Of a stretch of DNA of 64,000 bases, positions 1-9,556 are shown one piece after another; position 1 is the stretch's first letter, and every line of letters begins with the position of its first letter. A program made the translations under genes and the position numbers. A model generated the notes under the pieces. It ran no database searches and had not been told where the DNA came from. It saw nothing but the letters and a program-made list of their open reading frames with translations. Origin of the DNA: Minisyncoccota bacterium. Lineage in GTDB: Bacteria; Patescibacteriota; Microgenomatia; UBA1400; PJMF01. The stretch is taken from assembly GCA_018646985.1 (NCBI GenBank), contig JABGTR010000004.1, forward strand, positions 2,946 to 66,945. Reading direction: 5' to 3'.

Positions 1-12
1 TAGATCTTTCAT
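1..12 (-). CDS. 5' end (MKDL...) of a gene running off the window, probably RNA polymerase alpha subunit
   Basis: ATG AAA GAT CTA at 12..1 with purine-rich sequence upstream. Identity rests only on the usual rpsM-rpsK-rpsD-rpoA order. Confidence 0.4.
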
Positions 13-93
13 AATTTTTTTCCTTGTTTCCCCTCCTTTTGTATTTAACAAAAGAATCTGTTGACTAGGGTTATTTTATATAATTAATAATTT

Positions 94-702
94 TTATCGA
101 CTGTAGTACTCCACCACTAACTGTTCATCTATTCTTTCAATCACATCATCTCGGACTGGTAGGCTAGCAATCTTGGCTGCTGCACCTTTTCTTTTAATCC
201 ACTCTGGAGTAGTAACGCTTTCATCTTTAAGTAAATCAGATACATAAGGGATCTTCATCGCTTTATCTTTTAGATTTACTACATCCTCAACCTTAACTCG
301 GTAAGAAGGGATGCTCATCTTTTTTCCGTTTACCTGGACATGTCCATGAGAAACTAACTGCCTGGCTGAAAATCTTGTTGGAGCCCAACCAGCTCGGTAG
401 ACAACATTATCTAGTCTACGTTCAAGTAGGCCTAATAAAGCTGAACCAGTAGCAGTGGGGTTCTTACTAGCTTCTTTATAAAGACGACTCAATTGTTTTT
501 CTAAAATACCATAAATGTATTTCACTTTTTGTTTTTCTTGCAGCTGCAGACCATAATCAGAAACTTTACGACGTCCACGGTGACCGTGTTGTCCTGGTCT
601 GATCATTAACCGACGAGCTACTTTAAGAGCGTTAGTTTTTAAACCTAAGTCTTCACCGACTTTACGAGCTAGTTTGTTTTTTGGTCCTGTATATCTTGCC
701 AT
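94..702 (-). CDS. rpsD: 30S ribosomal protein S4
   Basis: MARYTGPK start, LERRLDNVVYR, ARQLVSHGH, VVEYYSR end. Confidence 0.98.
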   Translation of the reverse strand: MARYTGPKNKLARKVGEDLGLKTNALKVARRLMIRPGQHGHRGRRKVSDYGLQLQEKQKVKYIYGILEKQLSRLYKEASKNPTATGSALLGLLERRLDNVVYRAGWAPTRFSARQLVSHGHVQVNGKKMSIPSYRVKVEDVVNLKDKAMKIPYVSDLLKDESVTTPEWIKRKGAAAKIASLPVRDDVIERIDEQLVVEYYSR

Positions 703-727
703 AATTCTTTTTTAATATTTATCTGGT

Positions 728-1114
728 CTAGTTTCTACTTTTTCGTGGCTTAGTACCGTTATGAGGTAAAGGTGTCACATCAGCGATCATAGTTAATTTA
801 ATACGCTGAGCACGAATAACTCTCAGGGCCACATCTCTACCTGGTCCTGGTCCTTTAATAAAGAGCTCAATTTCGTTCATCCCAAAGGCCTTGGCCTTAT
901 TAATTGCATTCTCAACAGTGATAGTAGCTGCATAAGGAGTAGATTTTCTTGATCCACTAAAACCTGCTTCGCCAGTTGAAGACCAACACAGAACATTTCC
1001 TTTTTCATCAGTAATACTGACTAAAGTAGTGTTGAAGGTAGCAGTCACATACATTCTACCCTTAGGCACAACTTTTGAAATTTTCTTATTAGTTTTAACT
1101 CTTGGTTTTGACAT
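728..1114 (-). CDS. rpsK: 30S ribosomal protein S11
   Basis: GFSGSRKSTPYAA, KGPGPGR, DVTPLPHNG. Confidence 0.98.
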   Translation of the reverse strand: MSKPRVKTNKKISKVVPKGRMYVTATFNTTLVSITDEKGNVLCWSSTGEAGFSGSRKSTPYAATITVENAINKAKAFGMNEIELFIKGPGPGRDVALRVIRAQRIKLTMIADVTPLPHNGTKPRKSRN

Positions 1115-1134
1115 ATTTTAGATATCTTTAAAAA

Positions 1135-1533
1135 TTATTTTCCAGCTGCTTCCATTTTAGCTGCTACTTCTTTAGCCAAAGCACCAACAGTTTTTCTTTT
1201 ACCTCGACCTGTTCTAGCGTTAGTCTTAGTTCTCTGACCTCGCACAGGTAATCCCTGACGATGACGAAGTCCTCTGTAGGAACCAATTCTTCGTAAACGA
1301 TCAACATTGTCTCTGACTATTCGTCGCAACTGACCACCAACAGCATGTTTTTCAAGCTGTTTGGCAATCTGATTAATTTCATCAGCAGTTAAATCTTTAG
1401 CTCTTTTTTCTGGATTTATTTTAGTGCTTTTAATAATCTTATCAGCTATCTTAGGACCTACTCCAAAAATATAGCGTAAGGAGAAGCTTACTTTCTTTTC
1501 ATCTGGAATATCAAAACCGGTTATTCTTGGCAT
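1135..1533 (-). CDS. rpsM: 30S ribosomal protein S13
   Basis: YRGLRHRQGLPVRGQRTKTNART. Confidence 0.98.
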   Translation of the reverse strand: MPRITGFDIPDEKKVSFSLRYIFGVGPKIADKIIKSTKINPEKRAKDLTADEINQIAKQLEKHAVGGQLRRIVRDNVDRLRRIGSYRGLRHRQGLPVRGQRTKTNARTGRGKRKTVGALAKEVAAKMEAAGK

Positions 1534-1560
1534 AAATGTAATTTATAAGTTTTTTTAACT

Positions 1561-1677
1561 TTATCCTTGTCTTTGTTTATGTCTAGGATCTGCCTTACAG
1601 ACCACTCTGACTACTCCTTTTCGTCTAACAATTTTGCAGCTGTCACAACGCTTTCCAACTGATGATCCTTTTTTCAT
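1561..1677 (-). CDS. rpmJ: 50S ribosomal protein L36, zinc-ribbon type (not in ORF track)
   Basis: Translated by hand: [38 protein letters not shown]. CxxC..C..H ligands; lies between infA and rpsM. Confidence 0.96.
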   Translation of the reverse strand: MKKGSSVGKRCDSCKIVRRKGVVRVVCKADPRHKQRQG

Positions 1678-1743
1678 ATTTTTATCTATACTTCTTTATT
1701 TATAGGTCGTAAATATACATCAAACCTCGAGTTATGAACAGCA

Positions 1744-2073
1744 CTAGTTTTGCTGCGTAGGTCTTTTGATTGATCTATAGGTTATTTTACACTTTCCGAG
1801 GTCATATTTTGACACATAACCCTTAACTTCATCTCCTGGCATGACTCTAATTCTGTAGAGTCTCATCTTGCCAGCTAAAGTCCCCAGTAAAACCTTATCT
1901 ACTAAGGCTGTAGCTGGAGCAGCAGTGACTCGGACTTTAAACATGGTGTTGGGGAGACATTGCTCCACTACACCTTCAATCTCCATTCGATCAGGATTTG
2001 ACTCCCTCTCAGATGTTCGATCTATCTGTCGACGTGCTTTAGCTGCTCTTTTATGATCTTGAACTTTTCCCAT
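1744..2073 (-). CDS. infA: translation initiation factor IF-1, N-terminally extended
   Basis: IEGVVEQCLPNTMFKV, AGKMRLYRIRVMPGDEV, YDLGKCKITYR; position before rpmJ. Confidence 0.92.
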   Translation of the reverse strand: MGKVQDHKRAAKARRQIDRTSERESNPDRMEIEGVVEQCLPNTMFKVRVTAAPATALVDKVLLGTLAGKMRLYRIRVMPGDEVKGYVSKYDLGKCKITYRSIKRPTQQN

Positions 2074-2086
2074 ATAACAAGCTGTT

Positions 2087-2095
2087 ATTATAACA
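2087..2095 (-). promoter_or_regulatory. extended -10 promoter for infA
   Basis: TGTTATAAT 13 nt before the ATG, inside the inverted repeat CTGTTA-N3-TAACAG (2082-2096). Confidence 0.65.
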
Positions 2096-2117
2096 GAATT
2101 TTACCCTGGTGACAGGG

Positions 2118-2642
2118 CTAAATATCTAATCCTTTACAAATTTGAGAGAAAACCTCATCGATGTCTTTTTCCCCATCAACGGAAAGCAATTTGCCCTTCT
2201 CTTTATAAAATTCCACCACCGGCTCAGTTTCTTGATGGAAAAGACCAATTCGTTTTCGAATTGCTTTCAAAGTCTCATCATCACGATCTTCTGATCTACC
2301 AGAGATACGCCATAGGGCTTCTTTATCTGACACATCAAGTAAGATTACTTTTTCCACCCCATTTTCAAACTGTTCAGCCTGAGTTACTGTTCTGGGGAAT
2401 CCATCTAAAATATAACCATTCTCGTACTCTGGCTTATCTAGATATTGAGAAATTATCTCAATGATAGTTTTGTCTGGAACCAATCTCCCAGAAGCCAAGA
2501 TTTCCTTTATCCATCTGTTTTCACGAGACATTTGACGAAGGACGTGACCTGAAGAAAGATAAGGAATCTGCAGTTTTTCTGAAAGCAGACTTCCCTGGGT
2601 TGATTTACCAGCTCCTTGTATTCCAATTAGGATCAATTTCAT
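2118..2642 (-). CDS. adk: adenylate kinase, short-lid type
   Basis: GIQGAGKSTQ P-loop, ILDGFPRT, short lid (GRSEDRDDE); follows secY. Confidence 0.93.
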   Translation of the reverse strand: MKLILIGIQGAGKSTQGSLLSEKLQIPYLSSGHVLRQMSRENRWIKEILASGRLVPDKTIIEIISQYLDKPEYENGYILDGFPRTVTQAEQFENGVEKVILLDVSDKEALWRISGRSEDRDDETLKAIRKRIGLFHQETEPVVEFYKEKGKLLSVDGEKDIDEVFSQICKGLDI

Positions 2643-2722
2643 TAACATCCCCTTAGTGTTTGTCTAATAACTGTACTACTATACATCTTTTAACGGATAA
2701 TTCAATAATAAATTTAGAAAAA

Positions 2723-4006
2723 TCAACTATATTGGTCGTAGTTTTGACCAACTAGCATTGACTCAACTTGTTTAGAAGTTTCTAGGATGACAGAAACTAC
2801 GATTAAAATACTGGTTCCCCCAATAGCTAAGTTGCTGGCGCCAGTAAATACTTGGGCCAGGGATGGTAATAAAGCAATAAATCCTAAGAAAATAGCACCA
2901 GCTAAACTGATCCTAGTGACTACAAACTCTAAAAAGACCTTAGTGGGGCCACCTGGTCTCACCCCAGGAATAAAGGCGCCACTTTTTTTAAGCTCATCAG
3001 ACATATCTTGGGCATTAAAGAATAATAGAGCTGAAAAAAAAGTAAAACTAAAGACTATTACAAAGTAAGCAATCATATAAACAGCTGAGGTTGGATCAGA
3101 CCAAACTGTTAAAGTTTGACCAATCTCTACTAATCTATCCTGTCCACTTGCTGCTAAGAATCGGCCAATGAAAGAAGGCACTAACATGATTGAAACACCA
3201 AAAATGATTGGCATCACTCCAGCTACATTAACCCGGATGGGCAAATGGGTAGTTTGAGCTCCATAGTTTTTGCTGCCACGAGTTCTTCTAGCATATTGAA
3301 TTTTTACTTTTCTAATGGCTTCGTTCATAAACACAATCACCGCCACTACTGCTAAACCAATCGCTGTAAAAGTAAGGGTAGAAGTAAGTTGAGCAGTGCT
3401 GGTAGTAGCAAAAGATTGAGCGATTGCTAATGGAAATTGGCTGACTATTCCACCTAGTAGAATCATCGAAATCCCATTCCCCAAACCATACTCAGAGACT
3501 AACTCTCCCAACCACATCATAATCATTGCTCCAGCTACTAAACTAGTAATCAGCGCTATTAATGCCAATGGATTACTAGAATCCAGCAGCTGCTGTGAGT
3601 TGAGGAGGGCAATCACCGAGATACTTTGTACTACTCCCAAAGGAATAGTCATAATACGAGTGTATTGATTAACTTTTTCTCGACCCGCTTCGCCATCGCG
3701 CTGTAGTTCTTTTAGCTTAGGAAAAATCATACTTCCCAGCTGCATGATAATCGAAGCTGTAATGTAAGGATTAATACCAACTGCCACAATTGAAAAATTA
3801 GCTAGGGTTCCACCAGAGAAGATATTTAAAAAACTTAAAAATTGATTTGCAGAAAAAATACTCTCTAGTCTATTGAGATCAACTCCTGGAACTGGAACGT
3901 GAGCTAGAAACCTAAAAATGAAAAATACACCTAAAGTAAATAAAAGTTTATTTTTTAACTTCTTGGTAGAAAACACGCGTTGAATTAAATCAAAAATCTT
4001 CTGCAT
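2723..4006 (-). CDS. secY: preprotein translocase SecY
   Basis: GINPYITASII, WLGELVSEYGLGNGIS, FIPGVRPG. Confidence 0.98.
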   Translation of the reverse strand: MQKIFDLIQRVFSTKKLKNKLLFTLGVFFIFRFLAHVPVPGVDLNRLESIFSANQFLSFLNIFSGGTLANFSIVAVGINPYITASIIMQLGSMIFPKLKELQRDGEAGREKVNQYTRIMTIPLGVVQSISVIALLNSQQLLDSSNPLALIALITSLVAGAMIMMWLGELVSEYGLGNGISMILLGGIVSQFPLAIAQSFATTSTAQLTSTLTFTAIGLAVVAVIVFMNEAIRKVKIQYARRTRGSKNYGAQTTHLPIRVNVAGVMPIIFGVSIMLVPSFIGRFLAASGQDRLVEIGQTLTVWSDPTSAVYMIAYFVIVFSFTFFSALLFFNAQDMSDELKKSGAFIPGVRPGGPTKVFLEFVVTRISLAGAIFLGFIALLPSLAQVFTGASNLAIGGTSILIVVSVILETSKQVESMLVGQNYDQYS

Positions 4007-4027
4007 CTCTAATAATGATAACGTAGA

Positions 4028-4462
4028 TTACTTGGTAGAACCACCAGCGCTTTCAATCGCTTTCTTGCTGCCAGCGGAAACTGGAATCTCAACCGTTACT
4101 TTACGGGTCAACTTTCCAGTACTTACCAGCTTAGCTTTTCTAAAACGAGCGTTGATAACTTTTTCGAGCTTCAATGTTTCTAAACTAATTACCTTAGATT
4201 CCATTTTTTCAATATCAGTCAAAGTTACTTCTGCTGTAGGAACTAAAACGTTAAATCTACCTTTACCACGTAACATAGGCAGACGCTTAGTTAATGGTAA
4301 TTGACCACCTTCAAACCAAAGCGGAATCTTAGAACCGACACGAGATCTCTGACCTTTCATACCTCTGCTAGAAGTATGTCCACCTTTACCAGATCCATAA
4401 CCACGACCAATGCGCTTGGATGATTTACTAACAATGCTGGTGAGATTATTTAAAAGTGACAT
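4028..4462 (-). CDS. rplO: 50S ribosomal protein L15
   Basis: RIGRGYGSGKG, FEGGQLPL. Confidence 0.97.
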   Translation of the reverse strand: MSLLNNLTSIVSKSSKRIGRGYGSGKGGHTSSRGMKGQRSRVGSKIPLWFEGGQLPLTKRLPMLRGKGRFNVLVPTAEVTLTDIEKMESKVISLETLKLEKVINARFRKAKLVSTGKLTRKVTVEIPVSAGSKKAIESAGGSTK

Positions 4463-5163
4463 TATTTCTTTTTGACCTTAACTGTTTTTTTAGCTACTGT
4501 TTCTTTTTTAACGGCTGCTTTTTTTACCACAGGTTTCTTAGATTTAACGGTCTTAGCTTTGGCTTTGGGAGCCTTGCTAGCAACTACTTTTTTGTCACTC
4601 TTTTTTACAACTGGCTTCTTCTTAGCTTTTTCTTGTAGCTCAGCTTCTTTCTTCTTTTCTTCTGCTTGAACTTCTGCTAATGAACGCAGCTTAATGCCTT
4701 TAATTTTGACTAAATCTGCAATCTGCTTCAAAGCTTCAAAAGTAGCATAAGCATTAGAGGCTTTATTACCTGTGCCTAAAATCTTACTAGAAATGTCTCT
4801 AATTCCAGCTGCTTCAACTACAGCTCTGACTGGGCCACCAGCAATGACTCCGGTTCCCTTAGGAGCTGGCTTAAGAATTAACTGAGCCGCACCCTTTTTG
4901 ACACTGACTCTAAAAGGAACAGTAGTGCCATCGATAGGAATTTGAATCATTTTTTTCTTAGCTTTTTTAACACCCTTACGAATAGCGGAGACAACATCTG
5001 AGGCTTTACCCTTACCAACTCCAATCTTACCTTTTTTATCTCCCACCACCATTACTACTGAAAATCCAAATGAATTACCACCTTTAGTCTTTTTAGAAAC
5101 TCTAGAAACTTGAATAACTTTTTCTTCAAGATTGTCTTTAGGTTGTTGTTTGTAATCTGCCAT
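4462..5163 (-). CDS. rpsE: 30S ribosomal protein S5 with long Lys/Ala/Val-rich C-terminal tail
   Basis: RVSKKTKGG, PAPKGTGVIAGG. Confidence 0.97.
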   Translation of the reverse strand: MADYKQQPKDNLEEKVIQVSRVSKKTKGGNSFGFSVVMVVGDKKGKIGVGKGKASDVVSAIRKGVKKAKKKMIQIPIDGTTVPFRVSVKKGAAQLILKPAPKGTGVIAGGPVRAVVEAAGIRDISSKILGTGNKASNAYATFEALKQIADLVKIKGIKLRSLAEVQAEEKKKEAELQEKAKKKPVVKKSDKKVVASKAPKAKAKTVKSKKPVVKKAAVKKETVAKKTVKVKKK

Positions 5164-5175
5164 TATTTTTTCCTT

Positions 5176-5541
5176 TTACAGTTTTAATCCTGCTTTTCTA
5201 AGTGACTCTGCTACTGCTTTGACTCGACCATGATATCGATAATAACCACGATCAAAGACTAATTCCTTAACTTTTTTCTTATCTAACTGTTGAGCAATAT
5301 CTTTAGCCACCTTAACAGCACGCTCTGTTTTAGTGCCAGTTATTTTTGAATCTTTTCTAGCATCATTAGCTGAAGCAAGTGTCTTACCAGAATCATCATC
5401 TATAACTTGCAAATAACAGTATTTATTAGAACGAAGCACATTCAATCTAGGCCTGCTAGCAGTCCCATGAATGTTCACCCTAACTCTAATCTTGCGTTTT
5501 TGCTTGACAGTTAAATTATGTTTTATTTTTGGCATGATCAT
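5176..5541 (-). CDS. rplR: 50S ribosomal protein L18
   Basis: RPRLNVLRSNK, VFDRGYYRYHGRVKA. Confidence 0.97.
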   Translation of the reverse strand: MIMPKIKHNLTVKQKRKIRVRVNIHGTASRPRLNVLRSNKYCYLQVIDDDSGKTLASANDARKDSKITGTKTERAVKVAKDIAQQLDKKKVKELVFDRGYYRYHGRVKAVAESLRKAGLKL

Positions 5542-5542
5542 T

Positions 5543-6082
5543 TTAAGCTATTGAAGCTTTTCCTTGTTTACGCTTGACTACTTCATCTTCATAACGAATC
5601 CCTTTGCCCTTATATGGCTCAGGCTTCTTAACTAATCTAATTTCAGCAGCAGTTTGACCGACTTGTTGCTTATCGATTCCTGAAACAATGATTGTATCAT
5701 TACCTTCAAGAGCAAGAGTAATGCCTGCGGGAGCTGAAAACTCAACATCATGAGAGAACCCAACTTGAAGGTTAAGCCCTGTTCCACGCTGCTGAACTCT
5801 ATATCCAGTTCCGACCATTTTTAAAGTTTTTTTATAACCTTCAGTAACACCAATTACATTATTGTTAATCAAGCTACGAATCAAGCCATGATTAGCATTA
5901 GTTTGTTTCTCATGGTTAGTGGTTAAAACCTCCAAAGTATTATCTTTTTGCTCGACTTTGATTCCAGATAAAATCTTAGTACTTAATTCTCCCTTAGGAC
6001 CTTTAACCACCACCGCATCTTTACCGATTTCAACGGTAACTCCGGCTGGAATATTGATAAGCATGCGTCCAATTTTTGACAT
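5543..6082 (-). CDS. rplF: 50S ribosomal protein L6
   Basis: MSKIG, KPEPYKGKGIRY. Confidence 0.98.
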   Translation of the reverse strand: MSKIGRMLINIPAGVTVEIGKDAVVVKGPKGELSTKILSGIKVEQKDNTLEVLTTNHEKQTNANHGLIRSLINNNVIGVTEGYKKTLKMVGTGYRVQQRGTGLNLQVGFSHDVEFSAPAGITLALEGNDTIIVSGIDKQQVGQTAAEIRLVKKPEPYKGKGIRYEDEVVKRKQGKASIA

Positions 6083-6088
6083 ATAAAT

Positions 6089-6481
6089 TTACCAAACCTG
6101 ACAAAGGATTTCACCGCCAACATTCTTTTGGCGAGCTTCCTTATCAGCGATCACTCCTTGATTAGTACTTAAAATAGTAATGCCGTATCCTCCAAGTGTT
6201 GCTGGAATTTCCCCAGCTGATACATAGAGTCTTCTACCTGGTTTAGAAATTCTTTTGACTCCACTTACCACCGGCAATGAGCCAGCATATTTTAATGAAA
6301 TCTTCAATTGCTTTTGTGGCTTAGAATCCAAGGTCTCCACATTTTCTAAATATTTTTGATCCAATAAAATTCCAGCAATGGCTGCTCTCATCTTCGAATG
6401 AGGCATCACCACTTCTTCATGACCTGCTGCCAGGGCATTCTTAATTCTAATTAACATATCAGCTATTGAGTCAGTGTACAT
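6089..6481 (-). CDS. rpsH: 30S ribosomal protein S8
   Basis: DSIADMLIRIKNA, RISKPGRRLY, ILSTNQG. Confidence 0.98.
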   Translation of the reverse strand: MYTDSIADMLIRIKNALAAGHEEVVMPHSKMRAAIAGILLDQKYLENVETLDSKPQKQLKISLKYAGSLPVVSGVKRISKPGRRLYVSAGEIPATLGGYGITILSTNQGVIADKEARQKNVGGEILCQVW

Positions 6482-6490
6482 ATTTATTCT

Positions 6491-6733
6491 TTATTTATTA
6501 GCTCTTACTACTCCGGGTAATTCCCCTTTATTTGCTAGCTCTCTAAAAGTTATTCTGCTTAACCCAAAGTATCTTAGGTAACCGCGAGGACGACCTGTAA
6601 TCTTACAACGATTCTTACCTCTAGTCGAGACTCTATTTGGCTTACTTTCACCTTGCTGCTTGTATTCTTCTAAATACTTAGCTCTTTTTGCTTGCAGCTT
6701 AAGTGACTTGATTACTTTTGATTTTTTAGCCAT
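6491..6733 (-). CDS. rpsN: 30S ribosomal protein S14, non-zinc type, about 80 aa
   Basis: [11 protein letters not shown]...[11 protein letters not shown]. Start moved to MAKKS at 6733. Confidence 0.95.
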   Translation of the reverse strand: MAKKSKVIKSLKLQAKRAKYLEEYKQQGESKPNRVSTRGKNRCKITGRPRGYLRYFGLSRITFRELANKGELPGVVRANK

Positions 6734-7286
6734 GGTTTTCCTTTTCAAACGGCATTCCTAATAACTCTAAAAGACGGAATGACTCTTGATCATTTTTAGT
6801 GCTGGTGACTATTGTAACCTGTAAACCTCTAATTTGATTGATTAAATCATAGTTTATCTCGGGAAATACAATTTGCTCTTCTAAACCTAAGTTATAATTA
6901 CCTCGGCCATCAAAAGCTTTTCTAGAGACGCCTTGGAAGTCTTTAACTCGAGGTAGAGTGATGCTAACTAGTTTATCTAGAAACTCCCACATCTGCAGGC
7001 CTCGCAGAGTTACCATGGCTCCAACTGGGTCACCTTCACGAAGAGTAAAACCAGCGATGGCTTTACGTGCTAGGGTCACGTTTGGTTTTTGCCCAGTGAT
7101 GATCTTGAACTGATCAATAATATTATCCATAATCTGCCATCTAGCTCGAGGCTCGGTAGGCTGAGTTACACCCATATTAATCACAATCTTATTCACTTTT
7201 GGCACAGCCATTAGCGAACTCATCTTCAATTCTTTTTGAAGCTGAGGGGCTATCTTTTTGGAATATTTCTCTTGTAATCTGTTCAT
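6726..7286 (-). CDS. rplE: 50S ribosomal protein L5
   Basis: [24 protein letters not shown]. Confidence 0.98.
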   Translation of the reverse strand: MNRLQEKYSKKIAPQLQKELKMSSLMAVPKVNKIVINMGVTQPTEPRARWQIMDNIIDQFKIITGQKPNVTLARKAIAGFTLREGDPVGAMVTLRGLQMWEFLDKLVSITLPRVKDFQGVSRKAFDGRGNYNLGLEEQIVFPEINYDLINQIRGLQVTIVTSTKNDQESFRLLELLGMPFEKENHG

Positions 7287-7291
7287 TTCAA

Positions 7292-7624
7292 TTATTTCTT
7301 TAATTTCTTTTTATCTAAAGCAGGCACTGGTTGACCAGTTTTCTTAAAAATACGTTCCTTAGAACCATCCTTAGCAACTTTATAGCCAATTCTGTCTACT
7401 TCTCCCTTATCATTCAAAATAGCTATTTTTGCGACCGACATCGGTCTTTCTCGACGCACTTTATCCCCAGGCTTATCACCAATAGGCTTAATATGTTTAC
7501 TGTACATATTGGCACCTTTAACAATAACTTTGTCTTGAGTGGGAAATACTTTAACTATTTCTTCCTTTTGACCTTTATCTTTTCCAGATGTGACTAGTAC
7601 TTTATCGCCGACTTTAAATTTCAT
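7292..7624 (-). CDS. rplX: 50S ribosomal protein L24
   Basis: GDKVLVTSGKDKG KOW motif. Confidence 0.96.
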   Translation of the reverse strand: MKFKVGDKVLVTSGKDKGQKEEIVKVFPTQDKVIVKGANMYSKHIKPIGDKPGDKVRRERPMSVAKIAILNDKGEVDRIGYKVAKDGSKERIFKKTGQPVPALDKKKLKK

Positions 7625-7632
7625 ATCTTAAG

Positions 7633-8007
7633 TTATAAAACCTCCGATGCTAAACTAGCAATCTTGTTATAATTTCTTTCCTTTACTTCTCTGGCTACTG
7701 GCCCAAAAACTCTAGTTCCAACTGGATCAACACTATGTCTGGACTCAATAATTACGGCGGCATTATCATCAAAACGAACGTACTCACCTGTTTCGCGTCG
7801 TTTTTCTTTTCTGGTTCTAACAATCACGGCTCGCACAACTTCACCTCTTCTGATTTCACTTTGTGGTTGAGCTGAGATGACAGAGGCGCTGACCACATCA
7901 CCCACATGGCCAAAGCGTCTTCTTGATCCACCATAGACCTGAATAACTCGGAGTGTTTTAGCTCCGCTATTATCTGCAACTTGTAAAACTGATCTTAACT
8001 GAATCAT
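7633..8007 (-). CDS. rplN: 50S ribosomal protein L14
   Basis: [27 protein letters not shown]. Confidence 0.98.
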   Translation of the reverse strand: MIQLRSVLQVADNSGAKTLRVIQVYGGSRRRFGHVGDVVSASVISAQPQSEIRRGEVVRAVIVRTRKEKRRETGEYVRFDDNAAVIIESRHSVDPVGTRVFGPVAREVKERNYNKIASLASEVL

Positions 8008-8008
8008 C

Positions 8009-8251
8009 TTATTTTTTTACCTTCTTAATAACTCTAAAACGCTTAGTTTTGCTAACTGGCCGACACTCTTCGATAATTACTTCATCATTTAATTTGAGGC
8101 CATCAACTCCTTCTGAATGACACATGTAGTTTTTGCTACGTTTGACACTCTTTTTGTATAAAGGGTGTTGCCACTGACGCTCTATCTCAACCTTAACGGT
8201 TTTGTCTGAAGACAATGAAATTATTTTTCCCTGTAGTTGTTTTTTAGGCAT
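8009..8251 (-). CDS. rpsQ: 30S ribosomal protein S17
   Basis: [17 protein letters not shown]. Confidence 0.97.
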   Translation of the reverse strand: MPKKQLQGKIISLSSDKTVKVEIERQWQHPLYKKSVKRSKNYMCHSEGVDGLKLNDEVIIEECRPVSKTKRFRVIKKVKK

Positions 8252-8481
8252 TACTTGTTTTCCTTAGCTACTGATTCTTTGGCTGAAACTTGCTTCTCAC
8301 GAAGAATGGTTTTAACTCGAGCAATATCGTCTCTAATTTTACCAGGTAATCTGGTATCTTCAAGCTTACCTGCTGGTAATTCCAGTTTTGCTTTAGCCAA
8401 GCTTTTTCTCAGCTCTACCAGCTGCTGTTCCAGCTCACCATTAGTTTTGTCATGTAGGGCTTTTATATCGTTTCTTTTCAT
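8251..8481 (-). CDS. rpmC: 50S ribosomal protein L29
   Basis: IRDDIARVKTIL; position between rplP and rpsQ. Confidence 0.93.
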   Translation of the reverse strand: MKRNDIKALHDKTNGELEQQLVELRKSLAKAKLELPAGKLEDTRLPGKIRDDIARVKTILREKQVSAKESVAKENK

Positions 8482-8483
8482 GT

Positions 8484-8888
8484 CTATTTTTCCACAATCT
8501 GAGTTTTAACTGATATCTTATGTGCTGCTTTTCTCAAGGCTTCTTTGGCCATTTCTCCGGTAACTCCACCAAGTTCAAATAAAATTTTCCCTGGTAGAAC
8601 TGTAGCTACGTACTCTTTAATTTCTCCCTTACCTGAACCCATTTTTACTCCAACTGGCTTGCTGGTAATTGGCTTATCTGGAAAAACTCTAATCCAATAT
8701 TTACCGCTTCTTTTAGTGACATGAGTAATTTTCTTACGAGCTGCCTCAATCTGACGAGCTGAAATCCAGCCTCTACCAACAGCTTTTAGACCAAACTCTC
8801 CAAAAGAAAGATCACTCCCCCGAAGAGCTGTGCCTCTCATCTTGCCTCTGAACTGCTTGCGGAATTTAGTTTTTTTAGGTTGTAACAT
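8484..8888 (-). CDS. rplP: 50S ribosomal protein L16
   Basis: [30 protein letters not shown]. Confidence 0.98.
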   Translation of the reverse strand: MLQPKKTKFRKQFRGKMRGTALRGSDLSFGEFGLKAVGRGWISARQIEAARKKITHVTKRSGKYWIRVFPDKPITSKPVGVKMGSGKGEIKEYVATVLPGKILFELGGVTGEMAKEALRKAAHKISVKTQIVEK

Positions 8889-8901
8889 AGTTCTTTACGT
8901 T

Positions 8902-9555
8902 CTAGATTGTCTTTTCACCCTTATAAATCCATACTTTGATTCCCACATACCCAGATCTGGTTCTAGCAGCATGGTGATGATAATCAATATTAGCTCTTAA
9001 GGTTTGAGTAGGGACACTGCCTTGAGTGTATTTTTCAGATCTGGCAATTTCTGCTCCACCGATTCTACCGGAAAGCTGAATCTTTATTCCTTTGGCTCCA
9101 GCTTGCATCACCTTTTCAAGTGCCTGCTTGATAGCTCTTCGATGCGGATAACGAGAAATTAGCTGTTGAGAAATTCTTTCGGCAACTAATTTTGAACTTA
9201 AATTTGGCTCATTAACTTCACTCACCTGCAGATCAACTTGAACCTTATCTTTCTTGAGTTTTGAAACGTTCAATATTTTCTCAACATCTTTTCTAATCTC
9301 TTCAAGATTGGAGCCACCTCTACCAATAACTACACCTGGTCTTGAAACTGAGATAATGATTTTAATTTTCTTGACACTACGCTCGATCAATACTTCTACT
9401 AAGCCAGCATTGGTGAGCTTATCATTAAGATATTTTCTAAGCTTAAAATCTTCAATTACTTTATCAGAGTATTTTTTAGCAGGAGTATACCAACGTGATT
9501 TCCAGTTAAAGGTAATACCTAATCTAAAGCCGGTAGGATGTACTTTCTGTCCCAT
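8902..9555 (-). CDS. rpsC: 30S ribosomal protein S3
   Basis: MGQKVHPTGFRLG, GRIGGAEIAR, GIKVWIYKG. Confidence 0.98.
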   Translation of the reverse strand: MGQKVHPTGFRLGITFNWKSRWYTPAKKYSDKVIEDFKLRKYLNDKLTNAGLVEVLIERSVKKIKIIISVSRPGVVIGRGGSNLEEIRKDVEKILNVSKLKKDKVQVDLQVSEVNEPNLSSKLVAERISQQLISRYPHRRAIKQALEKVMQAGAKGIKIQLSGRIGGAEIARSEKYTQGSVPTQTLRANIDYHHHAARTRSGYVGIKVWIYKGEKTI

Positions 9556-9556
9556 A

